Source: Gammaproteobacteria bacterium (lineage in GTDB: Bacteria > Pseudomonadota > Gammaproteobacteria > GCA-001735895). Taken from it: a stretch of 64,000 nucleotides of DNA. The translations under genes were made by a program, and so were the position numbers. Shown piece by piece: positions 50,216 to 59,703 of the stretch. How positions within the stretch are numbered: the first letter of the stretch is position 1; every line of letters begins with the position of its first letter. The stretch is from positions 28,363 through 92,362 of the forward strand of contig JASJCI010000007.1 of NCBI GenBank assembly GCA_030066085.1, in the 5' to 3' direction. The notes beneath the pieces were generated by a model. It ran no database searches. It was not told the origin of the DNA and worked only from the letters and a program-made list of their open reading frames with translations.

Positions 50216-51559
50216 ATGTCAAAGCGTGTAGCAGTCATCGGGGCCGGTCCAAGCGGCCTTGCACAGTTGAGGGCGTTTCAGTCAGCGAAGGAGAAGGGCG
50301 CCGAGATTCCCGAGGTCGTCTGCTTCGAAAAGCAGGAAGACTGGGGCGGCCTGTGGCGCTACACCTGGCGCACCGGCCTCGACGAGTTCGGCGAACCGGT
50401 CCACGGCAGCATGTATCGCTACCTCTGGTCCAACGGCCCGAAAGAAGGCCTCGAATTCGCCGATTACTATTTCGAGGACCACTTCGGCAAGCCGATCGCA
50501 TCCTACCCGCCGCGCGCCGTCCTGTTCGACTACATCGAGGGCCGGGTCAAGAAAGCCGGCGTGCGCCCGTGGATCCGCTTCCGCTCACCGGTACGCCACG
50601 TCACCCACGACGACGCCAGCGGCATGTTCACCGTGACGGTGCACGACCTCGAGAAAGATCATGAGTACAGCGAGGATTTCGATCACGTGGTGGTCGCCAG
50701 CGGGCATTTCTCGACCCCGAACGTACCCCACTTCGACGGTTTCGAAAGCTTCAACGGCCGCGTGCTGCACGCGCACGATTTCCGCGACGCGATGGAGTTC
50801 AAGGACAAGGATATCCTGATCATCGGCACCTCTTACTCGGCCGAGGACATCGGCTCGCAGTGCTGGAAATACGGCTGCAAGTCGGTCACGGTATCGCACC
50901 GCACGGCACCGATGGGCTACAAGTGGCCGGACAACTGGAAAGAAGTGCCGCTGCTGCAAAAGGTCGAGAAGAACACCGCTTATTTCAAGGACGGTACCAC
51001 CGCCGAGGTCGACGCGATCATCCTCTGCACCGGCTACCTGCACCACTTCCCGTTCATGGAGGAAAGCCTGAAACTGCGTACCGCCAATCGCCTGGCCGCG
51101 GCCAACCTGTACAAGGGCGTGGTGTTCTGCGACAACCCGAAGCTGTTCTACCTCGGCATGCAGGACCAGTGGTACACCTTCAACATGTTCGATGCCCAGG
51201 CCTGGTACGTGCGCGACATCATCCTGGGCCGCATCGACATACCCGCGGACAAGGCCGCGCTGCTGGCCGACGTCAAGGCGCGCGAGGATGCCGAAGACGC
51301 GCTCGAGGACGACTACGGCTGCATCCGCTACCAGGGCGCCTACACCCAGGAGCTGATCGACGAGACCGACTACCCGAGCTTCGACATCGAGGCCGCGAAC
51401 CAGGCTTTCTTCGAGTGGAAGAAGCACAAGAAGGAAAACATAATGACCTTCCGTAACCACGGTTACACGTCGCCGATGACGGGTAACAAGGCGCCACCGC
51501 ACCACACGCCGTGGAAGGATGCGCTCGACGATTCGCTGGAGAGTTACCTGCAGACCTGA
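50216..51559 (+). CDS. tmm: bacterial flavin-containing monooxygenase, trimethylamine monooxygenase-like
   Basis: [30 protein letters not shown], FxGxxxHxHDF, GTSYSAED. Confidence 0.88.
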   Translation: MSKRVAVIGAGPSGLAQLRAFQSAKEKGAEIPEVVCFEKQEDWGGLWRYTWRTGLDEFGEPVHGSMYRYLWSNGPKEGLEFADYYFEDHFGKPIASYPPRAVLFDYIEGRVKKAGVRPWIRFRSPVRHVTHDDASGMFTVTVHDLEKDHEYSEDFDHVVVASGHFSTPNVPHFDGFESFNGRVLHAHDFRDAMEFKDKDILIIGTSYSAEDIGSQCWKYGCKSVTVSHRTAPMGYKWPDNWKEVPLLQKVEKNTAYFKDGTTAEVDAIILCTGYLHHFPFMEESLKLRTANRLAAANLYKGVVFCDNPKLFYLGMQDQWYTFNMFDAQAWYVRDIILGRIDIPADKAALLADVKAREDAEDALEDDYGCIRYQGAYTQELIDETDYPSFDIEAANQAFFEWKKHKKENIMTFRNHGYTSPMTGNKAPPHHTPWKDALDDSLESYLQT

Positions 51560-51593
51560 GACCCAGCGCGGCGATCGTCGCGCACAACAACAG

Positions 51594-51624
51594 GGCGCGT
51601 GGAGAGATCCGCGCGCCTTTTTTT
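51594..51624 (+). terminator. Rho-independent terminator of tmm
   Basis: GGCGCGTGGA-gaga-TCCGCGCGCC followed by T7. Confidence 0.75.
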
Positions 51625-51648
51625 GTTAGCAAGAGAGCGGTTGGCCCG

Positions 51649-52020
51649 TTAGCGGTAAAACCGCAGCGGCGGTGCGTCCTGCCGCTCGATCAGCAACAGC
51701 GCACCCTGCACTCGTGCGCGAAACGTAAAGGCATCGTCGGGAAAACCGATCTGGCCCAGCATGTGCTCACCGTAGCGCCGCCCGACGACAGGTAGACGCA
51801 CACCCTCGGCCAGCAGTTCGCCGTCGTAGTTGCCGGGACTGTCGCTGAAGATCAGCAGGCGATGCGCCGTACCGTCGATGTCGCCGCTAAACTCACCGAC
51901 AAACGGATCGGTTTGCGCGGCTGCGCCGGTCGCGAGCAGGCCGCCGACCACGAGCAGCACGGCGGCGACCAGCCAACCCCGCTGCGTGGGAATAACGACA
52001 GCCGGCAGGTCGGCGGGCAT
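51649..52020 (-). CDS. hypothetical exported protein
   Basis: 123 aa; hydrophobic leader followed by a beta-rich domain. Confidence 0.6.
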   Translation of the reverse strand: MPADLPAVVIPTQRGWLVAAVLLVVGGLLATGAAAQTDPFVGEFSGDIDGTAHRLLIFSDSPGNYDGELLAEGVRLPVVGRRYGEHMLGQIGFPDDAFTFRARVQGALLLIERQDAPPLRFYR

Positions 52021-52028
52021 GCCGAATC

Positions 52029-52907
52029 CTATTCCGGTACCTCGACGTCGTTGATGCGGCAGGCCTGCTGCAGCGTGTTGTACAGCAGGCAGGCAATCGT
52101 CATCGGGCCGACACCGCCGGGTACCGGCGTTATCGCGCCGGCGACTGCGGCCGCGCTGTCGAATTCGACATCGCCGACCAGGCGCGTACCGCCCTCGCCG
52201 TTATCGATGCGATTGATACCGACATCGATCACGGTGGCGCCGGGCTTGACCCAGTCGCCCTTGATCATCTCCGGCCGTCCGACCGCCGCCACCAGGATAT
52301 CCGCCTCGCGGCACTCGCCCGGCAGATCCTGCGTACGCGAGTGCGCAATGGTGACCGTGCAGCTCTCCTTCAGCAGCAGGGCCGCCATCGGTTTGCCGAC
52401 GATGTTGGAGCGGCCGACGATGATCGCCTTTTTACCGGACAGGTCACCGAGATGGTCCTTGAGCATCATCAGCGAACCCAGCGGCGTGCAGGGTACGATA
52501 CCGTCCGCGCCGATCGACAGCTTGCCGACGTTGGACAGGTGGAAGCCGTCCACGTCCTTGTCGACCGAAATCGAGTTGATCACGGCCTCTTCGTCGATAT
52601 GGCCGGGCAGCGGCAGCTGCACCAGGATACCGTGCACCTCGGGATCGGCGTTGAGCCGATCGATCAGCCCCAGCAGTTCGGCCTGGCTGGTTCCCGCGTC
52701 GAGCCGGTGCTCGTAGGAGTTCATGCCCGCCTCGACGGTCTGCTTGCCCTTGCTGCGCACGTAGACCTGGCTCGCGGGATCTTCCCCGACCAGGACCACC
52801 GCAAGCCCCGGGACCAGGTCATGCTGTTGTTTCAGGATCGCTACCTTGCGCGCGATTTCGCTGCGCAGGTTGGCCGCGAAGGCCTTGCCGTCGATGATCG
52901 TCGCCAC
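52029..52907 (-). CDS. folD: methylene-THF dehydrogenase/cyclohydrolase
   Basis: [37 protein letters not shown]. Confidence 0.95.
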   Translation of the reverse strand: MATIIDGKAFAANLRSEIARKVAILKQQHDLVPGLAVVLVGEDPASQVYVRSKGKQTVEAGMNSYEHRLDAGTSQAELLGLIDRLNADPEVHGILVQLPLPGHIDEEAVINSISVDKDVDGFHLSNVGKLSIGADGIVPCTPLGSLMMLKDHLGDLSGKKAIIVGRSNIVGKPMAALLLKESCTVTIAHSRTQDLPGECREADILVAAVGRPEMIKGDWVKPGATVIDVGINRIDNGEGGTRLVGDVEFDSAAAVAGAITPVPGGVGPMTIACLLYNTLQQACRINDVEVPE

Positions 52908-53050
52908 GTTCTGGTCTCCACAAGATAGTTGTTGTCGCGGATAGCCCGCGGACGCAGTTTAGCCCGACTGCACGGCCGGTTTATATGCCGATAAGTCACC
53001 TATCTGCGTATAAACGACCGATTCGGTGTAAATCCGTTCGAATCACGGGC

Positions 53051-53086
53051 AAAAAAAACCCCGCCCGTCGCCGGGCAGGGTTTTTT
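53051..53086. terminator. bidirectional-type terminator
   Basis: A8-CCCCGCCCG-tcgc-CGGGCAGGG-T6. Confidence 0.75.
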
Positions 53087-53113
53087 CCGAGCGGTATCGC
53101 CCTGTACGGGACG

Positions 53114-53329
53114 CTACTTCTTTTCTACCCCGTGGGTGCTGTCGCTGTCACCCTCGTGAAAAGTATGCTGTTTTTCATGATGCTGCTCGGTCTTGAGCGT
53201 CACGAACAGCGGTACTATGCACAGCAGAACCGCGAGCCAGAACAGCAAGTGGGTCATGCCCGTGTTGGCACCGAAGGACATGAAGACGCTGGCGCCTTCC
53301 CAGGTTTCGATAGGACTTGAGTTAAACAT
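53114..53329 (-). CDS. small single-TM protein following Amt-1
   Basis: GGAGG RBS; one hydrophobic helix; His-rich tail. Confidence 0.7.
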   Translation of the reverse strand: MFNSSPIETWEGASVFMSFGANTGMTHLLFWLAVLLCIVPLFVTLKTEQHHEKQHTFHEGDSDSTHGVEKK

Positions 53330-53348
53330 ATCGTTATTCCTCCACTAA

Positions 53349-54653
53349 CTAGCTCTTGATGTCTTCGGGGTAAGCCATGGCCTCGATCTCGACGTCCATG
53401 CCGACTTCCTGGACGCCATCGCTGGCGCGCAGAATGCCCAGGGCCTTGAACAGCCAGCCGAAGACAAATCCGGGAATGAACCCGAGCAACAGCATGACAA
53501 TCATGCCCTTGAACTGGCCCATGAAGGTAATCGGCGGAATCTCGTTGGCCGCGAATTGCGGGTAACCGCCGAGGAAGATACCGGCGAACAACAGACCGAG
53601 GATACCGCAGGTACCGTGTACCGAGACCGCGCCGACCGCGTCGTCGATCCCCATCTTCTCGACGAACTGGGCCGAGATCGGGCCGATGACACCGCCGATG
53701 AAAGCGAGGATGAACGCGAGACCCGGGTAGTACATGTCCATACCGGCAGCAGCCGAAATAACGCCGCACAGCGCGCCGGACATCATCCAGAACGGATCAC
53801 GGGTCTTGGTGTAGGCGCCGATCATACCGCCCGCAACCGCCATCAGCGTGTTGAACGCAATGGTCGACAGCGTGGTCGGCATGCCGTAGATATTGGCCCA
53901 CTCAGTGGCGTACCAGCTGAGCCCGGTGCCCGGGAAGATCACGCAGCCGCCGAGGAAGCCGAAGAAGCCGACCACGATCAGCATCAGGCCGACCATCGTC
54001 ATCGGCATGCTGTGGCCGCGGATCACGTTGGCCGAGCCGTCGGCGTTGAACTTGCCGATGCGCGGTCCGAGGTGGATCAGTACGCCGAGCGCGAAGAAGC
54101 CCGAGATCATGTGCACGACGCCGGATGCGCCGAAGTCGTGGTAACCCCATTCGACGACCATCCAGCCGGCGTAATGCCAGCCCCAGGACGCGGACAGGAT
54201 CCAGACCACCGAACCGAGGATCACGGCGAGAATAATGAACGCCGTCATGCGGATGCGCTCGATGACCGCGCCCGACATGATCGATGCCGTGGTACAGGCA
54301 AACAGCGTGAACGCGCCCCAGAAAACACCGGTGGCATTATCTTCGAGGTTCGGACCCATGTTTTCGCCCCAGGGCACACCGCCCGCGCCGGCTTCGAAGT
54401 CCGGCGTGAAACCCTGGTACATCGCCAGGTAGATCCACCAGCCGAACATCCAGAAGGTCGGAATCATGTAGGCGAAGGCGAGGACGTTCTTGGTACCGGC
54501 GGCCAGCGTATGCTTGACCCGCGATGCTCCCATCTCGTACATCATGAAGCCCGCGTGGATCAGGATCATGATTGCCGTACACCAGTAATAATAAACCTCG
54601 AGGTTTATCTCGTTGGCCGCAGCGATCGCGGCCTGTAGTTCTTCAGGTGTCAT
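53349..54653 (-). CDS. Amt/Mep/Rh-family channel 1
   Basis: SGAVIER, HDFGASGVVH, DDAVGAVSVHG; start ATG 54653. Confidence 0.92.
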   Translation of the reverse strand: MTPEELQAAIAAANEINLEVYYYWCTAIMILIHAGFMMYEMGASRVKHTLAAGTKNVLAFAYMIPTFWMFGWWIYLAMYQGFTPDFEAGAGGVPWGENMGPNLEDNATGVFWGAFTLFACTTASIMSGAVIERIRMTAFIILAVILGSVVWILSASWGWHYAGWMVVEWGYHDFGASGVVHMISGFFALGVLIHLGPRIGKFNADGSANVIRGHSMPMTMVGLMLIVVGFFGFLGGCVIFPGTGLSWYATEWANIYGMPTTLSTIAFNTLMAVAGGMIGAYTKTRDPFWMMSGALCGVISAAAGMDMYYPGLAFILAFIGGVIGPISAQFVEKMGIDDAVGAVSVHGTCGILGLLFAGIFLGGYPQFAANEIPPITFMGQFKGMIVMLLLGFIPGFVFGWLFKALGILRASDGVQEVGMDVEIEAMAYPEDIKS

Positions 54654-54931
54654 TATTGCTCCCCCAAATACGTAGGTTAAAACTCCATTCGACTTATCGC
54701 GCCGTCCTGGGCTGTGCCGTCCTGTCCTTCGGACGCGCACCTCCCGGTTGTTTTCCGGAGGTTATTTTTATCCGACTGCACCTTATTGCTACAGTCGCAC
54801 CCGCTGGATGTTAAACCAGTCGACCCGCATTAGCTATCATATTGTTTTTATTAAGATTATTGGTTCAAAAATGGTCCACTCGCCAAACCGGAAAACTGCC
54901 TAAACGCCTGTATTTACTGGCTTTTATCGGC

Positions 54932-54969
54932 GGCATCAAAATGGTGCGGACTCGCACCAAGACAGGGCA
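54932..54969. promoter_or_regulatory. tandem NtrC-like boxes upstream of amt-1
   Basis: GGCATCAAAATGGTGCG (54932-54948) and CGCACCAAGACAGGGCA (54953-54969). Confidence 0.4.
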
Positions 54970-55074
54970 AACACTTCCTGCCCGATCTGTCGGCAAATTT
55001 TTTGCTTTTTCTGGGCGATTTATCGGGCTTGCCTGGACCTGCGCGGCGCTGTGTTGACTTCGCCCGAGATCGGG

Positions 55075-55581
55075 TCATCCGCCCCCGGGAATTGCCGACA
55101 GCGAGATCGCATCGCCGGCGCTCGCGCGACCGACCCGAAACCGCGCCGAATCCGGGGTCAGCTGGGTTTCGATTTCATCGAAGGCGATCAGGTCGCGACG
55201 AAGTTCGTAGTAGCCCACGACCCTGCCCCGGTGACCGAAAACCAGCGCGGACAGCTGACCCGCTTCGATCAACGACTCGCGTTCCCCGGCGGGCCAGTTC
55301 CAGTCGAGCAGGCATTCGTCGCTGATCGTCCCCGCTTCTACCCTGGCGACGATACGTACCTGGTTCCAGTCGAACTCGAAAAAATCCGCCAGGCGGAAGC
55401 TGTCACCGGTCTCGAGCGAGCGCAGCCGGTCGTGCAGTAGCTGGCGGGTATTGCGGATATCGACACACTTGTCGCGCAGGTCCCAGTAATAGAGTCCCAG
55501 CACGACAACGACGATGACCGGTGCCGCCAGCACCGCCGGCTTCGCCGGTAAAACCGAAAGCGCATCCCTGATCAATGCCAC
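55075..55581 (-). CDS. hypothetical membrane-anchored protein
   Basis: 168 aa; N-terminal TM helix. Confidence 0.6.
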   Translation of the reverse strand: MALIRDALSVLPAKPAVLAAPVIVVVVLGLYYWDLRDKCVDIRNTRQLLHDRLRSLETGDSFRLADFFEFDWNQVRIVARVEAGTISDECLLDWNWPAGERESLIEAGQLSALVFGHRGRVVGYYELRRDLIAFDEIETQLTPDSARFRVGRASAGDAISLSAIPGGG

Positions 55582-55597
55582 TGTTACTACAGCCTGG

Positions 55598-55637
55598 AAA
55601 AAAAGCGGGAACCCCTTCGCCGCCTTGGCGAAGGGGT
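55598..55637 (-). terminator. Rho-independent terminator after the amt-2/small-protein pair
   Basis: ACCCCTTCGCC/GGCGAAGGGGT stem; A-run at 55598-55604. Confidence 0.65.
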
Positions 55638-55679
55638 CTCGATTTTAAGGCGTGGAGCGAGCAAGCACCAGCGGGGCGT

Positions 55680-55928
55680 TTACTGCCCCACCTGGTCCTC
55701 GATTTCGCGCCTGGCCTCGTCGTCCAGCACCTTGCCGGGGCCGCCCTGCTGGCGGATGTTGTCGATGTCCTTCTGGAACTCGGCGTTCTCTTTCCTGATC
55801 TGGATGAAGTGCCAGATCAGCCAGAAGGCGTACCCCAGGATTGCCAGCAGCACTTCCGTGCCGGCGAAGGGGTAAATGGCGCCGAAGGCATCAACGTTGA
55901 GCCAGTTATCGACATTACCTGTAGCCAT
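55680..55928 (-). CDS. small single-TM protein following Amt-2
   Basis: AGGAG RBS; one hydrophobic helix. Confidence 0.72.
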   Translation of the reverse strand: MATGNVDNWLNVDAFGAIYPFAGTEVLLAILGYAFWLIWHFIQIRKENAEFQKDIDNIRQQGGPGKVLDDEARREIEDQVGQ

Positions 55929-55964
55929 GATTCGTCTCCTTGTAAATGTGAGTTAATGGTTAAA

Positions 55965-57383
55965 TCAGGCCGCAGATCCGCGCTCTGCTTCCTCGCGGAT
56001 GGCTTGCGCCACTTCGTCGGCATCCGCCGCACGCGCCGACTCGTAATTGATGTCCAGGCCGACCATTTCGATTTCACGCGGTATACGCAACATGCCCATA
56101 CCGTTCAGGATCTTGGATACGATCCAGGCCGGCACGAAACCGAGCACGAAGAACATGATGATCGCACCGGCGAACTGGCCCCATGGCGATATCGAGGCAT
56201 AACCCTCGAACGGTGACGACGGATAGCCCCATAACATGAAACCGGCGATGACCATGCCGTAAAAACCGGCGTAACCGTGTACGGCGACCGCGCCGACCGC
56301 ATCGTCGATCTTGAAGCGGTTTTCGACCCAGTAGTGCATCTTGTAGGCGATGAACGCACCGCCGCCGCCGATCAGCATGGCCTGGATGGGGTGGTACAGG
56401 TCGTTACCCGAGGATGCGCCGATCACGCCCGCGAGCCCGCCCGAGTAGGTCCAGAACGCATCGCCGTCGGACACCAGGTAAGCCACCATCAGGCCGCCGG
56501 ACAGCGACATCAGGAAGTTGAACGTGATCGCGGACAGCGTGGTGGGCTGCAGGTAGATATTGGTGGCGCTGAAGAAACTCTTGCCCTCGACATCGAGCAT
56601 CGCCGAACCGTAGACGTCGATGACCGGGATGTTACAGGCCACGTAGAATCCCCAGAAGCCGGTGTAGATCAGGAACAGGCCAATGGTGACCAGCCACGGG
56701 TTATGGGGATTGATGTTGCGCGGGGTACCGTCGGCGCGAAACTTGCCGATACGCGGACCCAGCACCAGCAGCACGCCGAGCGCGAAACCGCCCGCAATCG
56801 CGTGGATGACACCGGACGCGTAGGCATCGTGGTAACCGAGCTTCTGCACCATCCAGCCATTCCACGACCAGCCCCAGGACGCGTCGATGATCCAGGTGAA
56901 GGAACCGATTACAACCGCCAGGATCCAGAAAGCGCTCGGCCGGATCCGCTCGATTACCGCGCCCGAGACGATCGACGCCGCGGTCCATGAAAACAGCAGG
57001 AAGGCCGCCCAGAACACGCCGTTGATGCGCGCCCAGTAAGCGGTATCGTCGACCGTCAGCGTATCCTGGTGCACGCCGTTGCCCATGTGCGCACCCATCA
57101 ACTCGCTCCAGGGCGTGGCCCAGGGCGCGTCGACCAGCGGCCCGATGATCCAGGGGCCGTTGACGAAAGCGAAGTAGATCCACCAGCCGAAGAAAAAGAA
57201 GGTAATCGTTACCAGCGGGATCAGCATGGTGTTCTTCATCAGCGTGTGGGTGTGGTTTTTGTAGCGCGAGGCGCCCACCTCGTACATGCAGAAGCCGACG
57301 TGAATCAGGAACATGAACACGACGGTGACCCAGTAATAGAACTCGGTAAAGATGATTCCGAGCGACGTTAACTCATTATCCAT
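55965..57383 (-). CDS. Amt/Mep/Rh-family channel 2
   Basis: SGAVIER, HDAYASGVIH, DDAVGAVAVHG; start ATG 57383. Confidence 0.92.
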   Translation of the reverse strand: MDNELTSLGIIFTEFYYWVTVVFMFLIHVGFCMYEVGASRYKNHTHTLMKNTMLIPLVTITFFFFGWWIYFAFVNGPWIIGPLVDAPWATPWSELMGAHMGNGVHQDTLTVDDTAYWARINGVFWAAFLLFSWTAASIVSGAVIERIRPSAFWILAVVIGSFTWIIDASWGWSWNGWMVQKLGYHDAYASGVIHAIAGGFALGVLLVLGPRIGKFRADGTPRNINPHNPWLVTIGLFLIYTGFWGFYVACNIPVIDVYGSAMLDVEGKSFFSATNIYLQPTTLSAITFNFLMSLSGGLMVAYLVSDGDAFWTYSGGLAGVIGASSGNDLYHPIQAMLIGGGGAFIAYKMHYWVENRFKIDDAVGAVAVHGYAGFYGMVIAGFMLWGYPSSPFEGYASISPWGQFAGAIIMFFVLGFVPAWIVSKILNGMGMLRIPREIEMVGLDINYESARAADADEVAQAIREEAERGSAA

Positions 57384-57551
57384 TCTGACCTCCTCGAATG
57401 GTTTTAACTTGTCGTTGACCGGCGTTGCACCGACCAAGCCCCCATTTGATGCATTTTTTGTTGCTGATCTTCACTCACAAGAAACATATCAATTATGAGT
57501 GAAAATCATGCACCACTTATAACCCAATACCCACAATAATTTCAACGTAAT

Positions 57552-57568
57552 TGCGCTATTTTGGTGCC
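57552..57568. promoter_or_regulatory. NtrC-like box upstream of amt-2 (overlaps a possible sigma54 GG-N10-GC motif on the minus strand)
   Basis: TGCGCTATTTTGGTGCC; minus strand TGGCACCAAAATAGC. Confidence 0.4.
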
Positions 57569-57577
57569 AATTTGGGC

Positions 57578-57611
57578 AAAAAAACAGGCTTGCCGGTATC
57601 CCGGTAAGCCT
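57578..57611 (-). terminator. duplicate terminator
   Basis: AGGCTTGCCGG-tatc-CCGGTAAGCCT with A-run; near copy of 57874-57906. Confidence 0.7.
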
Positions 57612-57639
57612 GTTTCACCGGCTTCCGCCACCACCGGTT

Positions 57640-57687
57640 TCAGGTGAACTTTTCGTATATCGCGAGCCAATCGACTCGAGCATCAAA
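57640..57687 (-). pseudogene. remnant 3' end of the 129-aa gene
   Basis: Translates ..RVDWLAIYEKFT* versus ..MVDLRKAYEKFA* of 57935-58324. Confidence 0.55.
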
Positions 57688-57690
57688 TTA

Positions 57691-57843
57691 CGGGGACAGT
57701 TTACTAATTAGAATCGGGGACACTGTAGATAAACCCGCTAAAAACGCGGCGCACTGATGCTGGCGAACATCGCTGATGTGAAAAGCCGTTGGTATACGGT
57801 CGAAATTCAGGCTGTCCCTGAAATAGAAAAGTAAACTGTCCCC
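57691..57843. mobile_element. 153-bp MITE-like element (copy B, inverted relative to copy A)
   Basis: CGGGGACAGTTTAC (57691-57704) / GTAAACTGTCCCCG (57830-57843); inner repeats 24 bp inside each end. Confidence 0.65.
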
Positions 57844-57873
57844 GAAATGGGCCCCGAAATGGGGGAGGACAGG

Positions 57874-57906
57874 CAAAAAAAAGGCTTGCCGGTAACCCGG
57901 CAAGCC
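57874..57906 (-). terminator. terminator of the second GS/mgs-like operon
   Basis: AGGCTTGCCGG-taac-CCGGCAAGCCT with A8. Confidence 0.75.
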
Positions 57907-57934
57907 TCGCTGGTTTTGCCTTGCGGCCGTCGGT

Positions 57935-58324
57935 TCAGGCGAACTTTTCGTAGGCCTTGCGCAGGTCGACCATCGGGTGCGATGACGACATCTGGAACTT
58001 GACCAGCAGTTCGCGCGCAATCATGTCGCGGTCCTGCTGGTTGTCCGGCAGCTCGATATCCGGCGGAATCGTCACCCAGCCGTTGATGTTGCGGTCGAAC
58101 ACGGCCGGGCGGCCTTCCTCGTAGCCCATGTGCACGTCTTCGAGCCAGTTCAGGTCCTGCCAGCCCATGACCTCCATGTACTGGCGCAGAAACGGCGTGC
58201 AGCGCTCCATGTCGGGAACCAGGTTTACATCATAGCGATAACCGATGTGCTGACCGATGATTTTTTCGCGCTCGGTATCGACCCCGTCGCCTTCGAGGAA
58301 GTGATTGATGTCTTGTTCAGCCAT
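57935..58324 (-). CDS. hypothetical 129-aa acidic protein, last gene of the operon
   Basis: AAGGAGG RBS; 13 nt from the upstream stop. Confidence 0.8.
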   Translation of the reverse strand: MAEQDINHFLEGDGVDTEREKIIGQHIGYRYDVNLVPDMERCTPFLRQYMEVMGWQDLNWLEDVHMGYEEGRPAVFDRNINGWVTIPPDIELPDNQQDRDMIARELLVKFQMSSSHPMVDLRKAYEKFA

Positions 58325-58337
58325 TGGTCGATCCTCC

Positions 58338-59675
58338 TTAGAAACGGTTCATGTCGGGGCGACCGACGGTGTACTGCGTGCCCGCCATCGGCACCTGCGC
58401 ACAGGCCGAAGCCTCGAGCGTCAGCGCCGCCAGGTCTTCCGGCTCCAGCGAGTGAATGTTGGTCTTGCCGCAGGCGCGAGCGAAGAGCTGTGCCTCGATG
58501 GTCAGCGTGTGCAGGAAGTTGTAGACGCGTTCCGCCGCCTCGTCGGGGTCGAGGCGCTTGCGCAGCTCCGGATCCTGGGTGGCGACACCGACCGGGCAAC
58601 GGCCGGTATGGCAGTGGTAACAGTAGCCGGCTTCGACACCCATTTCCTTCGGAAAATCGGCTTCCGGAATATCCTTGTTGCAGTTCAGCGCCATCATCAC
58701 CGAGTGACCGATGGCCACCGCGTCGGCACCGAGCGCAATCGCCTTGGCCACGTCGGCGCCGTTGCGAATGCCGCCGGCATAAACCAGCGAGATGCGGCCC
58801 GACATGCCGACGTCGTCCAGCGCCTGGCGCGCCTGGCGAATCGCAGCAATACCGGGAACACCGGTATCCTCGGTCGCGAGGTGCGGGCCGGCACCGGTGC
58901 CGCCTTCCATGCCGTCCATGTAAATCGAGTCTGGCCCCGTTTTTGCAGCCATGCGCACGTCATCGTAGACGCGCGCCGCGCCGAGCTTGAGCTGGATTGG
59001 AATCTGGCCGTCGGTGGCTTCGCGGATCTCCTGGATCTTGAGCGCGAGGTCATCCGGCCCCATCCAGTCCGGATGGCGTGCGGGAGAGCGCTGGTCGATA
59101 CCGGCCGGCAGCGAGCGCATCTCGGCGACCTGGTCGGTCACCTTCTGTCCCATCAGGTGTCCGCCGAGACCGACCTTGCAGCCCTGGCCGATGAAAAATT
59201 CGCAGGCATCGGCGAGGCGCAGGTGATTCGGGTTGAAACCGTAGCGCGACTGGATGCACTGGTAGAGCCATTTCGACGAATAGCGGCGCTCGTCAGGGAT
59301 CATGCCGCCCTCGCCCGAGCAGGTCGCGGTACCGGCCATGGTGGCACCGCGCGCGAGCGCGGTCTTGGCTTCGTAGGACAAAGCGCCAAACGACATGCCG
59401 GTGACGTAGACCGGGATATCGAGCTCCAGCGGCCGCTTGGCCTCGGGACCGATGACGGTCTTGGTCAGGCACTTCTCGCGGTAGCCCTCGATGACGAAAC
59501 GCGTCAGCGTGCCAGGCATAAAAGTCAGGTCGTCCCAGGTCGGGATTTTCTTGAACAGCGAAAAACCGCGCATGCGGTAGCGGCCGAGTTCCGACTTGAC
59601 GTGGATATCGTTAATCACCTCCGGCGGGAAGATAAAGCTTTTGCCGAGGTTGTAGCGATCGGATTCGTTAGACAT
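58338..59675 (-). CDS. FMN-binding glutamate-synthase-family protein (MgsC-like)
   Basis: MSFGALS, GQGCKVG, DQRSPARHPDW, CYHCHTGRCP. Confidence 0.9.
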   Translation of the reverse strand: MSNESDRYNLGKSFIFPPEVINDIHVKSELGRYRMRGFSLFKKIPTWDDLTFMPGTLTRFVIEGYREKCLTKTVIGPEAKRPLELDIPVYVTGMSFGALSYEAKTALARGATMAGTATCSGEGGMIPDERRYSSKWLYQCIQSRYGFNPNHLRLADACEFFIGQGCKVGLGGHLMGQKVTDQVAEMRSLPAGIDQRSPARHPDWMGPDDLALKIQEIREATDGQIPIQLKLGAARVYDDVRMAAKTGPDSIYMDGMEGGTGAGPHLATEDTGVPGIAAIRQARQALDDVGMSGRISLVYAGGIRNGADVAKAIALGADAVAIGHSVMMALNCNKDIPEADFPKEMGVEAGYCYHCHTGRCPVGVATQDPELRKRLDPDEAAERVYNFLHTLTIEAQLFARACGKTNIHSLEPEDLAALTLEASACAQVPMAGTQYTVGRPDMNRF

Positions 59676-59703
59676 CTTGTTTCTCCAGTTTTCTCGGCGG
59701 CGC

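Noticed and set aside
54701-54724. Twin GGACGGC repeats as a guanidine-II riboswitch before amt-1
   Set aside because: The ACGR loops are not closed by paired stems.
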